A stretch of 64,000 nucleotides of DNA from Lama glama. Lineage: Eukaryota. The notes below the pieces were generated by a model. It saw nothing but the letters and a program-made list of their open reading frames with translations, had not been told where the DNA came from and searched no databases. Position numbers and translations under genes: made by a program. The number at the start of each line of letters is the position of its first letter. Position 1 is the stretch's first letter. Shown piece after piece: positions 37,681 to 50,146 of the stretch. Location of the stretch: NCBI GenBank assembly GCA_028534125.1, contig CM052817.1:6450001-6514000 (forward strand), in the 5' to 3' direction.

Positions 37681-38390
37681 ATTCTGTCCTCGACCACTAT
37701 TGTATAACATTGACTGGATTTAGAAATTAAATTTTGCTGTGGCCTTGAAAATGTTGGGAGATGATTTCAACATGAATTTACTAGGTGAAACAGTGATATG
37801 CAAAACGTAGACTGTGGTAAAGTCATTTCAATGACAACTAATGTTTGCATCACAAGTAATACCAACCTGCTTTATAATCTCCCCTGCTGTCAGAAATTAA
37901 AACAAGAAGGAAGATCTGTGTTCTAACACAAAATTGCAAAGATAGATTTTCAAAGCTCTAACTACAGTTTCAGGAGTGTTTTTCAGATCTCAGTGCAAGT
38001 GTAAAGGAAATTTCTGTATTTAAAAACATATTTAAATGTGCAATTGAGGAGCTTCTACCTAACCTTCAATTGAAAGTGATTAATCTGTAATGTAATAGCA
38101 TATTAAAAGGCAAATGTAGAAAAGAACCTAATAAAATCCTCTAAGTGCCTTCCAAATGGTAAATATGCTCAGTCATATGCTGGTAGATTGATATCAATAT
38201 TTAGCACTATCTAACTGTAAAAAGCATTTTAAAAGATGAAATAGGAAAAACCTTATTACAGATCAGCATTAGCAGATGAATATTTACAATTGATCTGAGG
38301 AGAGGAAGCACAAACTTTGAATCTCAATTAAGTGAAATGTTACTTAAATTCCATTATTCTCATTACTAGGCATTTAGTACCAAAAACATG

Positions 38391-38476
38391 TACTTGATTA
38401 TTACTCTATTTTGAATCTCAGCAATATAAAGTTTACTTGATTATTACTATATTTTGAATTTCAGCAATATAAAGTT
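38391..38476. repeat. 43-bp tandem duplication (2 copies, 2 mismatches)
   Basis: 'tacttgattattact[c/a]tattttgaat[c/t]tcagcaatataaagtt' x2. Confidence 0.95.
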
Positions 38477-38583
38477 TTGGGTAATTTGTTTTCTCTTTTG
38501 TTATACAGGAACTTAATAACATCTTCAGCTGAAAAATCCTGACCCATAAACCATAAAGGTCCACAAAACCTGAAATCTATTAC

Positions 38584-39083
38584 TGTAACAGAGAACAATC
38601 CATGTTGGGTCTATTCCTTTAGCTCTAACCGTTGTTCTCTGTTGCCTGTGCTTAGTCATGCTGGATCTACATCTTTGGAAAATAATGTTGCCTATAGCCT
38701 GAAATAATATAGGATAGCCCATTCTCAAGGTTCTGACCTTCAAAGGCATAACATGTTTCTATTCATACAGAGATAAAAAGTTGCAGAATGGAAAATAACA
38801 ATTGTCTTGTTGGAAGTTTATAGGAACATTGTGACCAGTCCTATGTGGGCAGCTGCAGGAATGAAGGATTCCAGCACCAAGAAGTTTGCAACAACCAGCC
38901 ACACTCTCTCCCCTTTTAGTATAAAAGGAGACGAAATTCTAACTCAAGAAAAATGGTTCTTTGGGACACTAGTCCACCATCTTCTTGGTCTGCTGGCTTT
39001 TTGAACAAAGTCACTATTTCTTGCCCCAACCTCTCATGTCTTGATTTATTGGCCTGGCATGCTGTGAACAGCAGGAGCTTGGA
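38584..39083 (+). mobile_element. ERV1 solo LTR (MER41-like, artiodactyl type), 3' tip missing
   Basis: 'tgtaacagagaacaatccatgttgg', TATA 'gtataaaagg', 'gggacactagtccaccatcttcttggtctgctggc', degenerate polyA 'aacaaa'. Confidence 0.8.
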
Positions 39084-39084
39084 T

Positions 39085-39360
39085 GTAGGAATATTATTGT
39101 TTGATATTGTTGAATTAATGTCAGATTTCTTGGTTGTGATAATGATATTGAAATATACAAAAGAAGAACTTTTACAAGCTAAATGCTAAAGTATTTAGGA
39201 ATAAAGTATCACGATGTCTACAATTTGATTTTAAATAATTCAGCAAAGGAAAAGCATGGCATGTGTGACAAAAATGTGAACGGTTTGTAAATCTACATGA
39301 GTGGTATCAATGGGGCATATTCTTTCAATTGCTCTGTAATTTTTTAATTTTTAAAATAAA
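39085..39360 (+). mobile_element. L1ME-like 3' end
   Basis: 'aaatgctaaagtatttaggaataaagtatcacgatgtctacaatttgattttaaataattcagc'. Confidence 0.7.
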
Positions 39361-39409
39361 TCTGGGAAGAAAAGAAGTATTCTCTGACCACACTATCCAA
39401 AGTAACTCC

Positions 39410-39682
39410 CAGTCAGTTGCTAAACAGTTTTCCCATTTTATTTTCATGTTACTCATTATATAACACTTTGTATATATAAAAATTTTCTTTATTGATATAC
39501 ATATCATCTACTCCCCTGAGATCACTTAAGGTCAATGAGAGTAGGCACCTGGCTTATTTTGTCCTTTGCTCAGTCCTCAGTAGCCAGAACAACCCCAGCA
39601 CATTGCAGACACTCAAGAGCTTTTGTTGAATTGATAAATGAAAAGAAAATGAGAAATTTAGAAAACAAGTGAATAAATGAAC
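39410..39682 (+). mobile_element. L2 3' end
   Basis: 'aatgagagtaggcacctggcttattttgtc...agaacaaccccagcacattgcagacactcaag...tgttgaattg'. Confidence 0.75.
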
Positions 39683-40954
39683 AACAGAGCATTGCTCCCA
39701 GACACTTGGCAGCTATGAGATGGCCCATCACCTCTGCTCTGCATGCCCTCCAGTCGCCTAATGGACTGGCAGTTTTGTCCATAGTCCTGAGCTGTGGTCT
39801 CAGTTACTGCCCTACCCTCACTCCATACTCTTGACTCTTCCTGATGCTCCCAAGCTTGTTCCTGACCCCTGACTTGATTTATAGGTCTGAGCCATTTTGG
39901 TTTGATGCTTATACTTAGGATTTTTGATGTGTGAACCTCCAGTTTCTCCTATAGTTGGCCTCCTGCCCTTCCTGTAATAAAGGATACTTCTCAGTTCCAG
40001 GTCCTTACAAATAATCCCCAATTATGGGTCATTCCTGCCCCATTCCTATCCCTGGAAATGGTGGGAACATCACCTTTCAGACCCTAGGCCAGTCACAGGG
40101 GCAATGGCCATGTCTTTTAGTGTCCTTTATTTCTCCCCCAAATCCTTCAACATAGATATGGTCTCCATCTGGTCAGTGAGAAAACTGAAATGCATGAAGA
40201 TGACATACCTTCTCTGAAATTATAGCAAGTTTGTGATAGAGGCAGGACTAAAACCCAAGTCCCCTTACTGCGATGTTCCTGAGTGTGCTTTTCCCTCTAC
40301 CGTATATGCTGTATTTATTTCATTGGGCCTGTAGTAGAAGCAGTTGGCAAGGTTATCTGTTCTTCTACTGTGTCGCTATTTTTAACAACAGTGATTGGGT
40401 CTCACTGGGATCAGTACCAAATCTTGCTGGGAAACTGTACTGATTCACAAATTGAACCCCACCCCCTCCACTAAGGACTTCTTGAATTAATATGACTCAA
40501 TAGCCCAAGCCTTGAAACATTTTGCTTTTCTAAAATGCCATCATTGATTTGTGCCAGCTCGGTAATTAGTAAATTAATCTCTCAGCAGCCTGAAGGGCAT
40601 GCATGCAGATGGACAAAGTGCATACAGAGCCTAACTGCAAAACCTTCAGCTCTGGAAAGTCAAATAGTTCCCAAGTCACCCCATTTCCTGGATTCTGCTT
40701 TCTTATTATAAAAATTGTTTATAAAGGCGTTGTAGTGCATGGTCACAAGGACGGACTTAGGACCCCCGCTGCCTGCTTTCAAATCCAGTTTTCCATTCAC
40801 CAGCTGTTAAGACCTTGAGCCAATCCTGATTCCTCATCTATGAGGCATGGTTGTTGGGAGAATTCAATGAGGCTTCCCACAGAAATTGCTTAGAACATGG
40901 TCCAACACATAAGTTTTTGCTATTACTATTATTCATCTATTCATTTATTATTCA

Positions 40955-41410
40955 GAGTTCTTGCCATGCTCTACAGGACCTTGTACTATCCAGCTCCTGC
41001 TGCCTCCCTTAGTGGCCAGAAGCCACAATGACCTCCTTGCTATCCATGGACCATGCCGGCACCATGTCTCAGAGCCATTCTCTGCAGGACTTGTCTGCCG
41101 CTTCTTGGTCTTGGCTCCAATATCACTTCTTCAGGTGTCTCCCATGTCCGTATTATGTCAACCCATCCTGTCTACCCTGTGGAACCCCCAGCCCTCATCC
41201 CCGCACTCATTTTTATCTCCCTTCCCTGCTTTGTATTTTCCTTATAGCTCTTATTTCCTGTCATTATTGTTTACTGCTCATCATCTCTTCCCCAAAAGAA
41301 GGTAGCTGAGAAGGAGGAACTCTGTTTTGTCCTCATTGTGCCTCTGCATCTAGTAAAATTCCAGGCACATAATAGTTGCTCAATAAAGAGTAAATGGATT
41401 TATGTTTAAT
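40955..41410 (+). mobile_element. L2 3' region
   Basis: 'gccacaatgacctccttgctatcc...ccaggcacataatagttgctcaataaa'. Confidence 0.75.
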
Positions 41411-42779
41411 TGATGATTGATAGGCATATTCCTATCTTTGTGACCTCGTGCAAGGATATGTGGTGTAATGCAGTGTTTCTGAGTCTTTTCCAAGCCATAC
41501 ACCATTATGATAACCTTGAACGTCATGGGGACCTCAGGGATTCTGTTTAAGCCTGTCTTGGGATAGGATTCATGCAGACATTCCCTCTGGACCTCAGTCA
41601 ACTCTGATCCCACCAACACAAAATTTATCTTCAGCTAGTCCTGCAGAATGGGCAGATTGGTCTCAGTTTTGCCTTCTTCTGTTTACGTTGAAACAATTTT
41701 TTTTCAGTTTGCAAAACATCCTATCATGTTATAATAATGAATATATCTTCTCTCACTCTGTATGTCCTTCCCCAGAAAGTCTAAAATAGCCCTTTCATTC
41801 TTGACCCATCCACTGCAATAAATTTCTATTAAGCTTCCCAAGTCTCAGGTTTTCAAGCCTGTGATAAGGATCATAGGCCCACTGGCAGGATTACTTTGAG
41901 TTTCACAAGATTATTCATAAAGCACTTGGCACAGAGCAAACTTCAACAAATGGCTCCTGGTTGTCTCTTTTACCAAATGATTAGTGCTGTCCTTGGACCT
42001 GTGTTTGTTGCACTAACCTGGTTTGGAAATACGGACTATTTTTCTTAAGCAAATGCTTTAAAAGCAAAGCAAAGAGAGCTGTGACAAAAAACTCCCCTCT
42101 CTCGATTCCATGCTTGCTTGGCCAGGTTGCCATCATCAGTGACTCCATAGGACCTCTGGTCAATGTGTTCATTTTGCCACCTGCTGAGGCCCCATCTCTG
42201 CAGGCTACCGAGAAAACAAGGCAGCCCTAATTTGTTTGATTTTGCATTGCTTCCAGGTACTGCTTCAATATTAAGACTGCTCATAATTGAATGTTTTGCT
42301 ATCCAGGCTTGAGTTCTCAAGCAGTAAAAGGGATGCAGGACCCGGGTGAGATTGCAGCAAATTATAGGAGGCATCTTCTGGGTTGATTGCTTTTGTAGTT
42401 AATTGTATGCTAATTATTAGTTCTGCAAGACAGTTACCGAAGAAATAGCAAAGTAGCAGCAAAAAAGAAAGACACCATGTGAGTATATGTGTCAGTCTCA
42501 CAGGGCAATTTGCCAAATTAAAAGATGTAAAAACAAACTATACGTGAATACTTTCAGGGGACATAGCTGTCATGGTTGCCTAGAAATACAAGCACAGAAA
42601 TGAAGAATTTCTTTTATCAAAAATAAGAATCTACCATGGATTCCCAGCATAGTTGATAGAATGCAAGGACGAAACTCACACTGTGCTGGTGGCAGCAGGG
42701 CTGACAGTCACCTTCCTTGTCACCATTGTTGTCAAGCACTTGCTTATGATGAAGAACTGATCCTAACATTCCTGTTATT

Positions 42780-43135
42780 AAGATCCATTGTAGATAAGTT
42801 CATTTGTGTCTTTATCTGCAGTGGATCTTAATAACAGAAACAGACTCACAGACATAGAAAACAAACTTACGGTTACCAGGGGGTAAAGGGGGTGGGGAGG
42901 GATAAACTGGGAGCTCCGGATTTGCAGATACTACTATATATAAAGTAGATAAACAAGTTCCTACTGTACAGCACAGGGAACTGAATTCAATATCTTGTAG
43001 TAACCTATAATAAGAAATAACATGAAAAGGAATATATGTGTGTATATGTGTAACTTAAACATTACGCTGTACACAAGAAATTGACACAACATTGTAAACT
43101 GACTCTACTTCAATGAAAAAATGAAAGATCCATTG
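42780..43135 (+). mobile_element. 5'-truncated L1 3' end with complex 5' junction and exact 11-bp TSD
   Basis: TSD aagatccattg at 42780-42790 and 43125-43135; 3'UTR 'aacagaaacagactcacagacatagaaaacaaacttacggttacc...gacacaacattgtaaactgactctacttcaatgaaaaaa'. Confidence 0.93.
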
Positions 43136-43944
43136 ACTCACTATCTTCTAATTATAGATGTCAAGCCCATTAGTATAGAGAAATGTACCACTCAGTGCCT
43201 CTTTGACCACCATGCACCCACACTCAGAGTGTTTGGGGCCAGTCTAGACTCACTTACTCTCTGGACAGACATGCTCTTGCCTAGTCTTGCTTCCTGTATC
43301 CAGGATGCCTTCTCACCTGCCCCTCCCCAATCCTGCATCCCTGCATCGACAATGCCTACTGGATACTTAGTGCTCATGCACCCCTCAGAGAAGAGAGGTT
43401 TCCCTAAGTCCTCAGTCAGTTGGCCACTCCTCCTTTAAAGCCCACGGCTGATGGACACCTTATCATCCTCTCCACCAGTGTGTGAGCTCTTGGAAAACAC
43501 AATTCATGTCACCTGCTCTAGATACACACCGTATCTCCCTGTGGGCACTGAGCAGGTACTCAGTAAGCAGCTCCATGTTAACAGACCCAGACATGCCCTG
43601 TGGTGCTGGACCACAGAGATAGACCAGAGGAAATCCTGCTTACCTACCTCCCTAAATCCAATCCTGCTTCCCATATTCTTATGTCAAAAGAAAAAGAAAA
43701 GAGAAACTTTGGAACTTGGATTCACCCACTTCCAGGACTGTCTTCTCCAATAGGACAGATGCCTCTCAAGGTTGTTTACTCCATCTCCACCCTCACACCT
43801 GGCCACAGAGGCCTCTTCTCCCCTTCTTCCCAGGTACTTTCCCATCTCTGGACCCTTGATCCTGCTGATTCCTCTGCCTAGAATCTTCTTTCCCAACTTT
43901 GAGTTTGTTGGGTTAGTCATGCTTTTAGGCTCTGCTCAAAAGTG

Positions 43945-44375
43945 TCTGTTTGAAGTGATGTTCTCCAGAAGTTGATCTTGAAGTGAGAATTATTTTACAA
44001 GTGATTTATTAAGGAAATTCTCCAGGTAAAGAACTGTAGGGGGTGGAGGAAGCAGGAAAGAGAAGAGGAAGGAGCCAAAGAAAACCAAGAACTCTGGTAG
44101 CATCTCCAAGGATTGCCTTCAACCTTGTCCCAGAGGGAAATTCTTCATTGAAAGGGATGCCCCTGCGTTGTTGCTATCAAAGCAAAGAAATTGGGATGGC
44201 ATACACCCTTGCATCTGTCTGTTATTCGTCAAAGGACAGCCAGGGAGGAATACATTCCCAGGCATTCCTGTTACCTATTCCTGCAGGAAGATTGAGGGCA
44301 GTTCTCCCAAGAAAAGTTATAGGTGCTTGTGTGAGAAGCCAAAGAAGACCTGAGGAACTTAATGAGTGTACTAAA
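43945..44375 (-). mobile_element. ERVL solo LTR (LTR16-like), old
   Basis: 'ttctccagaagttgatcttgaagtgagaattattttacaagtgatttattaaggaa...gaagcaggaaagagaagaggaaggagccaa'. Confidence 0.5.
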
Positions 44376-45153
44376 CATTAAGCAAACAAACGAATTAACA
44401 AACAAATAAATATGAAAGAAAGTAGAGGGGATCTGAGTGAATCATTGACACTGTCTGCACTCCTGTGTTCTTTCCTCACATTTGACAATTGACTGATAAG
44501 AGGAGCCAGGTATAATTCTGTTCTGTTGATCTATGTGTCTCTTTTTGTGCCAGTACTATACTGTTTTGATTACTATTGCTTTGTAATATAATTTGAAGCC
44601 AGGAAGCATGATAACTCCAACTTTGTTCTCCTTTTTCAAGAGTTCTTTGGCTATCCAGGGTCTTTTGTGGTTCCACACAAATTTTAGAATTATTGTACCA
44701 GATCTGTGAAAAACATCATGAGTATTTTGATAAGAATTGCATTCAATCTGTAGATTCCTTTGGGTAGTATGGATATTTGACAGTATTAATTTTTCCAGTC
44801 CACGAGCAAGATACATCTTTTCATTTGTGTTGTATTCCATTTTTTTTGTGAATATCTTACAGTTTTTAGAGTACAAATCTTTCACCTTCTTGATTAAATT
44901 TATTCTTAGGTATTTTATCCATTTTGATGTGGTTGTAAAGGGTAATTTTTCCCTTCATTTCTCTTTCTAATAGTTTGTTATTAAGATATAGAAATACAAC
45001 AGATTTATGTGTGTTACTTTTGTATCCTGCATTTTACTGAATTCACTTGTTACTTCTGATAGTTTTTGGTGACATTTTTAGGTTTTTCTATATGGAGTAT
45101 TTTATAATCTGCAAATAGTGATGCTTTAGTCTTCCCTTGCAGTCTGGATGCCT

Positions 45154-45178
45154 TCTCTCTCTCTCTCTCTCTCTCTCT
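45154..45178. repeat. (TC)n microsatellite within L1
   Basis: Direct reading. Confidence 0.95.
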
Positions 45179-46762
45179 TTTTCTCTCTATCATGTTGGTC
45201 TGATTAATGTAGCTAGGACTTTCAATACCATGTTCAATAAAATTGGCAAGAGTAGGCATCCTTATCTTAGAGAAAAATATTTCAGCTTTTTACCATTGAG
45301 TACAATGCTATCTGTGGGATTGTTGTGTATGGCCTTTATTATGTTGAAGTGTGTTTTCTCCACACACACTTTGTTAAGAGTTTTTGTCATAAGTGGATGC
45401 TAGATTTTGTCAAATGATTTTTCTGCTTCTATCATTACGATCAGATTTTTATCCTTTGTTTTGTTCATATGGTGCATCTCATCGATCAATTTGTGTATCT
45501 TGCACCATCCTTGTATTCCTGGGAATAAATCCCACTTGATCATGGCGTATGATCCTTTAATATATTGTTGAGTTAGGTTTGCTAATATTTAGTTGAGATA
45601 TTTTGTGTCTATGTTTATCAATGTTACAGTCCTACAATTTTTTTATAGTGTCTTTGTCTGTTTTTTGTTATCAGGGTAATTCTGGTCTCATAGAATAAGT
45701 TTGAAAGTGTTCCTTCCTCTCCATTTTTTAGATAATTTTTTTTAAAGAATAATAAGTGTTAACTATTTAAATGTTGGTAGAATTCCCCTATGAAGCCACC
45801 TGGCCCTGGGCTTTTGTTTGTTGGGAGTTTTTTGATCACTGGTTCAGTTTCATACTAGTAATCAGTCTGTCCAGATTTTCTATTTGTTTCTGATTCAGTC
45901 TTAGAAGGTTTTATGTTTCTAGGAATTTATCCATTTCTTCTAGGTTGTCCAATTTTTGGCATATAATTGTTCCTGGAAATCTCTTATGATTGCTTTTATT
46001 TTTGTGATATCAGTTGTAACTTCTCCTTTTTCATTTCTAGTGTTATTTATTTGGGTTTTCTGTCTTTCATTTTTGATAAATCTGGCCAAAGGTTTGTGTA
46101 CTTTGTTTATCTTTTCAAAGAACCAACTGTTAGTTTCATTGATTTTTATATGATTTTCAGATTCTATGTCATTTATTTCCTCTCTGATCTTTATTATTTT
46201 CTTCCTTCTACTAATTTTGAGGTTTGTTCTTCTTTTTTCCTGATTTTTAGATGTAAACTTCCTTTTTATTTTAGATTTGTTTTGTTTCTTGAGATAGGCC
46301 TATATTGCTGTGAAATTCTCCCTTAGAAAGATTTTGCTACTTCCCATAGATTTTGGAAATTCGTGTTACTATTTTCATTTGTCTCAAGATTTATTTTGAT
46401 TTCCCTTTTGATTTCTTCATTGAACCAGTGGATTTTTAGTATGATGCTGTTAATTCACCATATGTTTGTGTTTTTTCCAGTTTTTCTTCTATAATTAATT
46501 TCTAGTTTCATACTATTGTGGTCCAAACAATGCTTGATATTATTTCAATTTTATTAAATTTATTGAGACTCATTTTGTGGACTAGCATGTGATTTACCTT
46601 GTATACATTTCCATGACACTTGAAAAGAATGTGCATTTTCCAGTTCTTGGACAGAATGTTCTGCATGTATCTATTAAATCTATCAGGTCTAATGTCTTAT
46701 TTAGATGCTAGTGTTTATTTATTTTCTGTTTGGATGATCTATTCATTGATGTAAACATATAC

Positions 46763-46804
46763 GTGTGTGTGTGTGCATGTGTGTGTATAGAGAGAGAGAG
46801 AGAG
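46763..46804. repeat. Compound (TG)n/(AG)n microsatellite
   Basis: Direct reading. Confidence 0.9.
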
Positions 46805-48419
46805 CTTGTTTTGAGCTAATAGTCACTTAAGTTTGAACACACTTTAAACACTTCACATTTTTTCTCCTTCTCCCATGTTTCATGACATCAGATTTTACAT
46901 CTTTCCATTTTATGTATTCTTTATTTATTGTGGTTATAGGTAATTTTACTCTTTTAACCTTCATGCTATTTTTTTGTGTGATTGATTCACTGCCTTAACT
47001 ATATATTTGCCTTTATCAGTTAGATTTTTAGCTTTCAATTTTTTCTTTCATACATTTTCTTATTTATAGTTATTTATTTATTTATTCATTTGGCTTAAAC
47101 AAAACACTTTTAACATTTCTTTTAAGGCCAGGTTAGTGGTGATGAGCTTTTCTAGTTTTTGCTTATCTCAAAAAATCTTTATCTCTCCTTCCATTCAAAT
47201 GATAATCTTGCCATGTAGAGTATTCTTGGTTGTAGTCTTTTTTTTTTTCTTTTGGAACTTTTAATACATCATGCCACTCCCTTCTTGTCTTCAGAATTTC
47301 TTCTGAAAAATCAGCTGATAGCCTTATGTTGGTTCCCTTGCTTGTGACTCTTTGTTTTTCTCTTGCTGCCTTTAAAATTCTCTCTTTATCATTAACTTTT
47401 GTTATTTTAATCATGATATGTGTTTGTGTGGATCATTTTAGGTTCATCTTGTTTGGGACTCTCTGGGATTCCTGGATATCTGTTTCTTTCCTTGGGCTGA
47501 GAAAGTTTTCAATCATCGTATCATCAAATTCTCTTTCTGCTCTTATGTCTCTTCTTCTTCTGTGTTAGCTTACTTGTCCTAGAGGTCCCTTAAACTATTC
47601 TCATTGTTTTTAAATTTTTTTTTTTTGGTGTTCTGATTGAGTGATGTCTACTATGCTGTTTTCCAAGTTGCTTATGTGTTCTTCTATATTATCTAATGTG
47701 CTGTTGATTTCCTCCACTATATTTTATTTATTTATTTATTTTGCATATACCTCAGGATCTACAAATTTTGAACTCCTAGTCTTATTTTGGTTATTGAATT
47801 TTTCAGCTCTGATGGGTTCTTTTAAAAAATATTTTCTAACTCTTTGTTAAAGTTCACACTGTGTTTTTTATTCTTCTTATGAATTTAGTGAGGAAGGATT
47901 TTTATGACCATTATCTTGAATTGCTCATCAGTTAGATTACTTACCTCTATTTCATTAGGATTTTTTTCCTGTGGATTTTATCTTGTTTTCTCATTTGGAA
48001 TAAATTTCTCTATCCTCTCATTTTGTTTGAACTTCTGTGTTTGTTTCTATGAATTAGGTGAACAGTTACCTCTCCCAGTCTTGAAGTCATGACCTTGCAT
48101 CTCCTATGTAGCCTGTGTGTACCAGAATGTTGTGGAAGGACAACCTGGATCTGGAGTTAGCTGGAGCTTTTCTAGAGCTTTTCCTGTGTGTGTGCTGAGG
48201 CCACCACCTTGGAAGGTTGGCTGGAGCTAGAGGGGGCATGGACCTATGGGCATACTGGAGTGGTCTTTCCAGGTCAGCTAGAGTATTAAGTGCTTTTCAA
48301 ACTGTTGTCTCTGCACTGTTACTTGGAGTGAGTATGTTTTTGCATGAATCCTTTAAGAATGAACTGTTAGTTTCCTACATTATCCCTGCTCTTCTGGACA
48401 TAAACACCATTGGTCAGTG

Positions 48420-48520
48420 CCATCTAAAAAAATCCTTCATGGACACATCCAGAATAATTTTTGATAGAACATCTGGGCACCAAGGCCTAGGCAAGTTGAC
48501 ACACAAAATTAACCAACACG
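48420..48520 (-). mobile_element. MLT2 (ERVL LTR) terminal fragment
   Basis: 'gacacatccagaataatttttg...atctgggcaccaaggcctaggcaagttgacacacaaaattaacca'. Confidence 0.8.
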
Positions 48521-48777
48521 TATATGTAAAGTAAGGGTGTATTAACGTAGATTAAATCCTTTCACACCTCTAGATGTTTGGAAAACATTTGAGAAAATAT
48601 GCATATCTCATCATTACTACCACTCTGGGTACACTGGGCCTTGATCTGTGCCGTGGACCCAAAAGACATGCAAAAAATTGGGTTTGGGAGAACACCTGGA
48701 CAAATGAAATGAACACAGCAATAAGGAATGAAAAGCACAGTAAAATGGGAGAACACTTAGAAACAAGAATTCAGACA

Positions 48778-49045
48778 AGCAACATAGCGCAGTGGTAAAA
48801 CTAAGACCTCTAGGACCAGACAAACTGCTCTAAATTCTACTTCTACCACTTACAAGCTATGTGACCAGGAGTGAATCACCTAGCTCCTCTGCACCTCAGT
48901 CTTCTCTTCTGTAAAATGTGAATGATAATAAGAGCATCAACCTTACATGGTTCATGTGGGGATAAGATGAGTTATAATGTGTAAAACTTTCAGAACATAA
49001 TATATTTTTGGCATGAGTAAGTGCTGTGTAACTATTGCTATTATT
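48778..49045 (+). mobile_element. MIR SINE (near full length)
   Basis: 'catagcgcagtggtaaaa...ctaccacttacaagctatgtgacc...ctctgcacctcagtcttctcttctgtaaaatg'. Confidence 0.9.
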
Positions 49046-50146
49046 TCACTTACATTGTTTTCAAATTTTAAATGATCATCATCACTGCCATTTATAAAAG
49101 CTATAATGTCATCTAATATTTATCCTTTACAGTTGTATGTACAAGACCTCAGAAGAAGAGCCTTGATCATCAAGGAGAAGTTGAATATGATCCAAGCAGC
49201 CCATCCAGTGTGTAGAATGGTTTTATCCATGTCCCATCCAAGCTGGACCAAACTTTAAATGTGAAGTGCACAACAGGTCTGGGGCTAGAGCCAAGAGAGC
49301 AGCTATAAAGTGGGGCTGATTATAGACCATCTCCCTAGGGCTGGTTGAATGCTAAGAATGGCCTTTGGCACACTAGTGTTCCAATCAATCTGTTGAAACA
49401 TATCCCCTCCCTCCTTTCCCCAACCCTCTTTGCACCCTCCACTTCAGCCAAAAGTATCTACACATTGGTCTGACTCAAACAGCATTTGCACATGTGGCTG
49501 GTGTGTATCTTATTACACAATTTCAAGTCTACAATAATATCATGTTTATTTATTTTTCCTTTACATTATAGTAAATCTTTATTCTAAGCCTCTGTTCATT
49601 CACTAGACTGGTAGAAAATGATTTTCTTTATTATTAGTACCCATCCTCTTATTAAAGGTCCAAAAGAATTCTGGTGGCTTAGTTGGTGCCCAGAAAATGT
49701 TCTAATTATGATTGCTGCTGATATCCTAGGTGCCCCCGTTACAAAATCCTTAAAGCAAGGAGGCCATGTGGTGCAGGGTCCAGTGGGGTACAGAAATCCT
49801 CATTGGTTTTGGGTCCAGACCCCCTTGGTGCACCTCACAGCCATTTTCTGTTTAAGGTCTTGCTGTTTTCTGAGTCTCTCTAACTTCATGGGTCTGACCT
49901 ATCTATGTCATCTGCCTGCAACTGCCACCTTCGCAGCCTTACAGGGAATCTTAGTCAACACTTTTTTCCCTTCTCTCCTTCTGTCTTCCCCTCAGGAACT
50001 TAACCAGCCCTTTGGAAAATAAACATCAAGATGAGGGGTTGTTTGAGTCAACTTCTGTCTGTGTCTTGCTTCACATTCTTTTCTACGTTAAGAGGAACGA
50101 GACCCGGCAATCTGCTCTGAGTGCCAGAGTAGACAGATGAAGGAGA

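Larger units (their letters stand above)
35925..38583 (+). mobile_element. Cheshire/MER58-family hAT-Charlie transposon with decayed transposase
   Basis: MER58B-like left end ('gaactaagaatgctttttacatttta...aaaattacatggaattcaaactccagtg'); 'tccctgtctcttgatgagtctacagatgttactaattctgctcaa' reads SLSLDESTDVTNSAQ; MER58-like right end 'ccacaaaacctgaaatctatt'. Confidence 0.85.
44480..48420 (-). mobile_element. Long degraded L1 (5' region, ORF1 C-terminus, EN and RT parts of ORF2), no 3' end
   Basis: ORF 47163-47414 'DKERILKAAREKQRVTSKGTNIRLSADFS' = ORF1p; 44556-44885 '[15 protein letters not shown]...[16 protein letters not shown]' and 45050-45259 'SLFADY' = ORF2p; many stops and frameshifts. Confidence 0.93.

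Noticed and set aside
44480..48420. Potentially active full-length L1
   Set aside because: Many stops and frameshifts, internal deletions, microsatellite insertions and no 3' end
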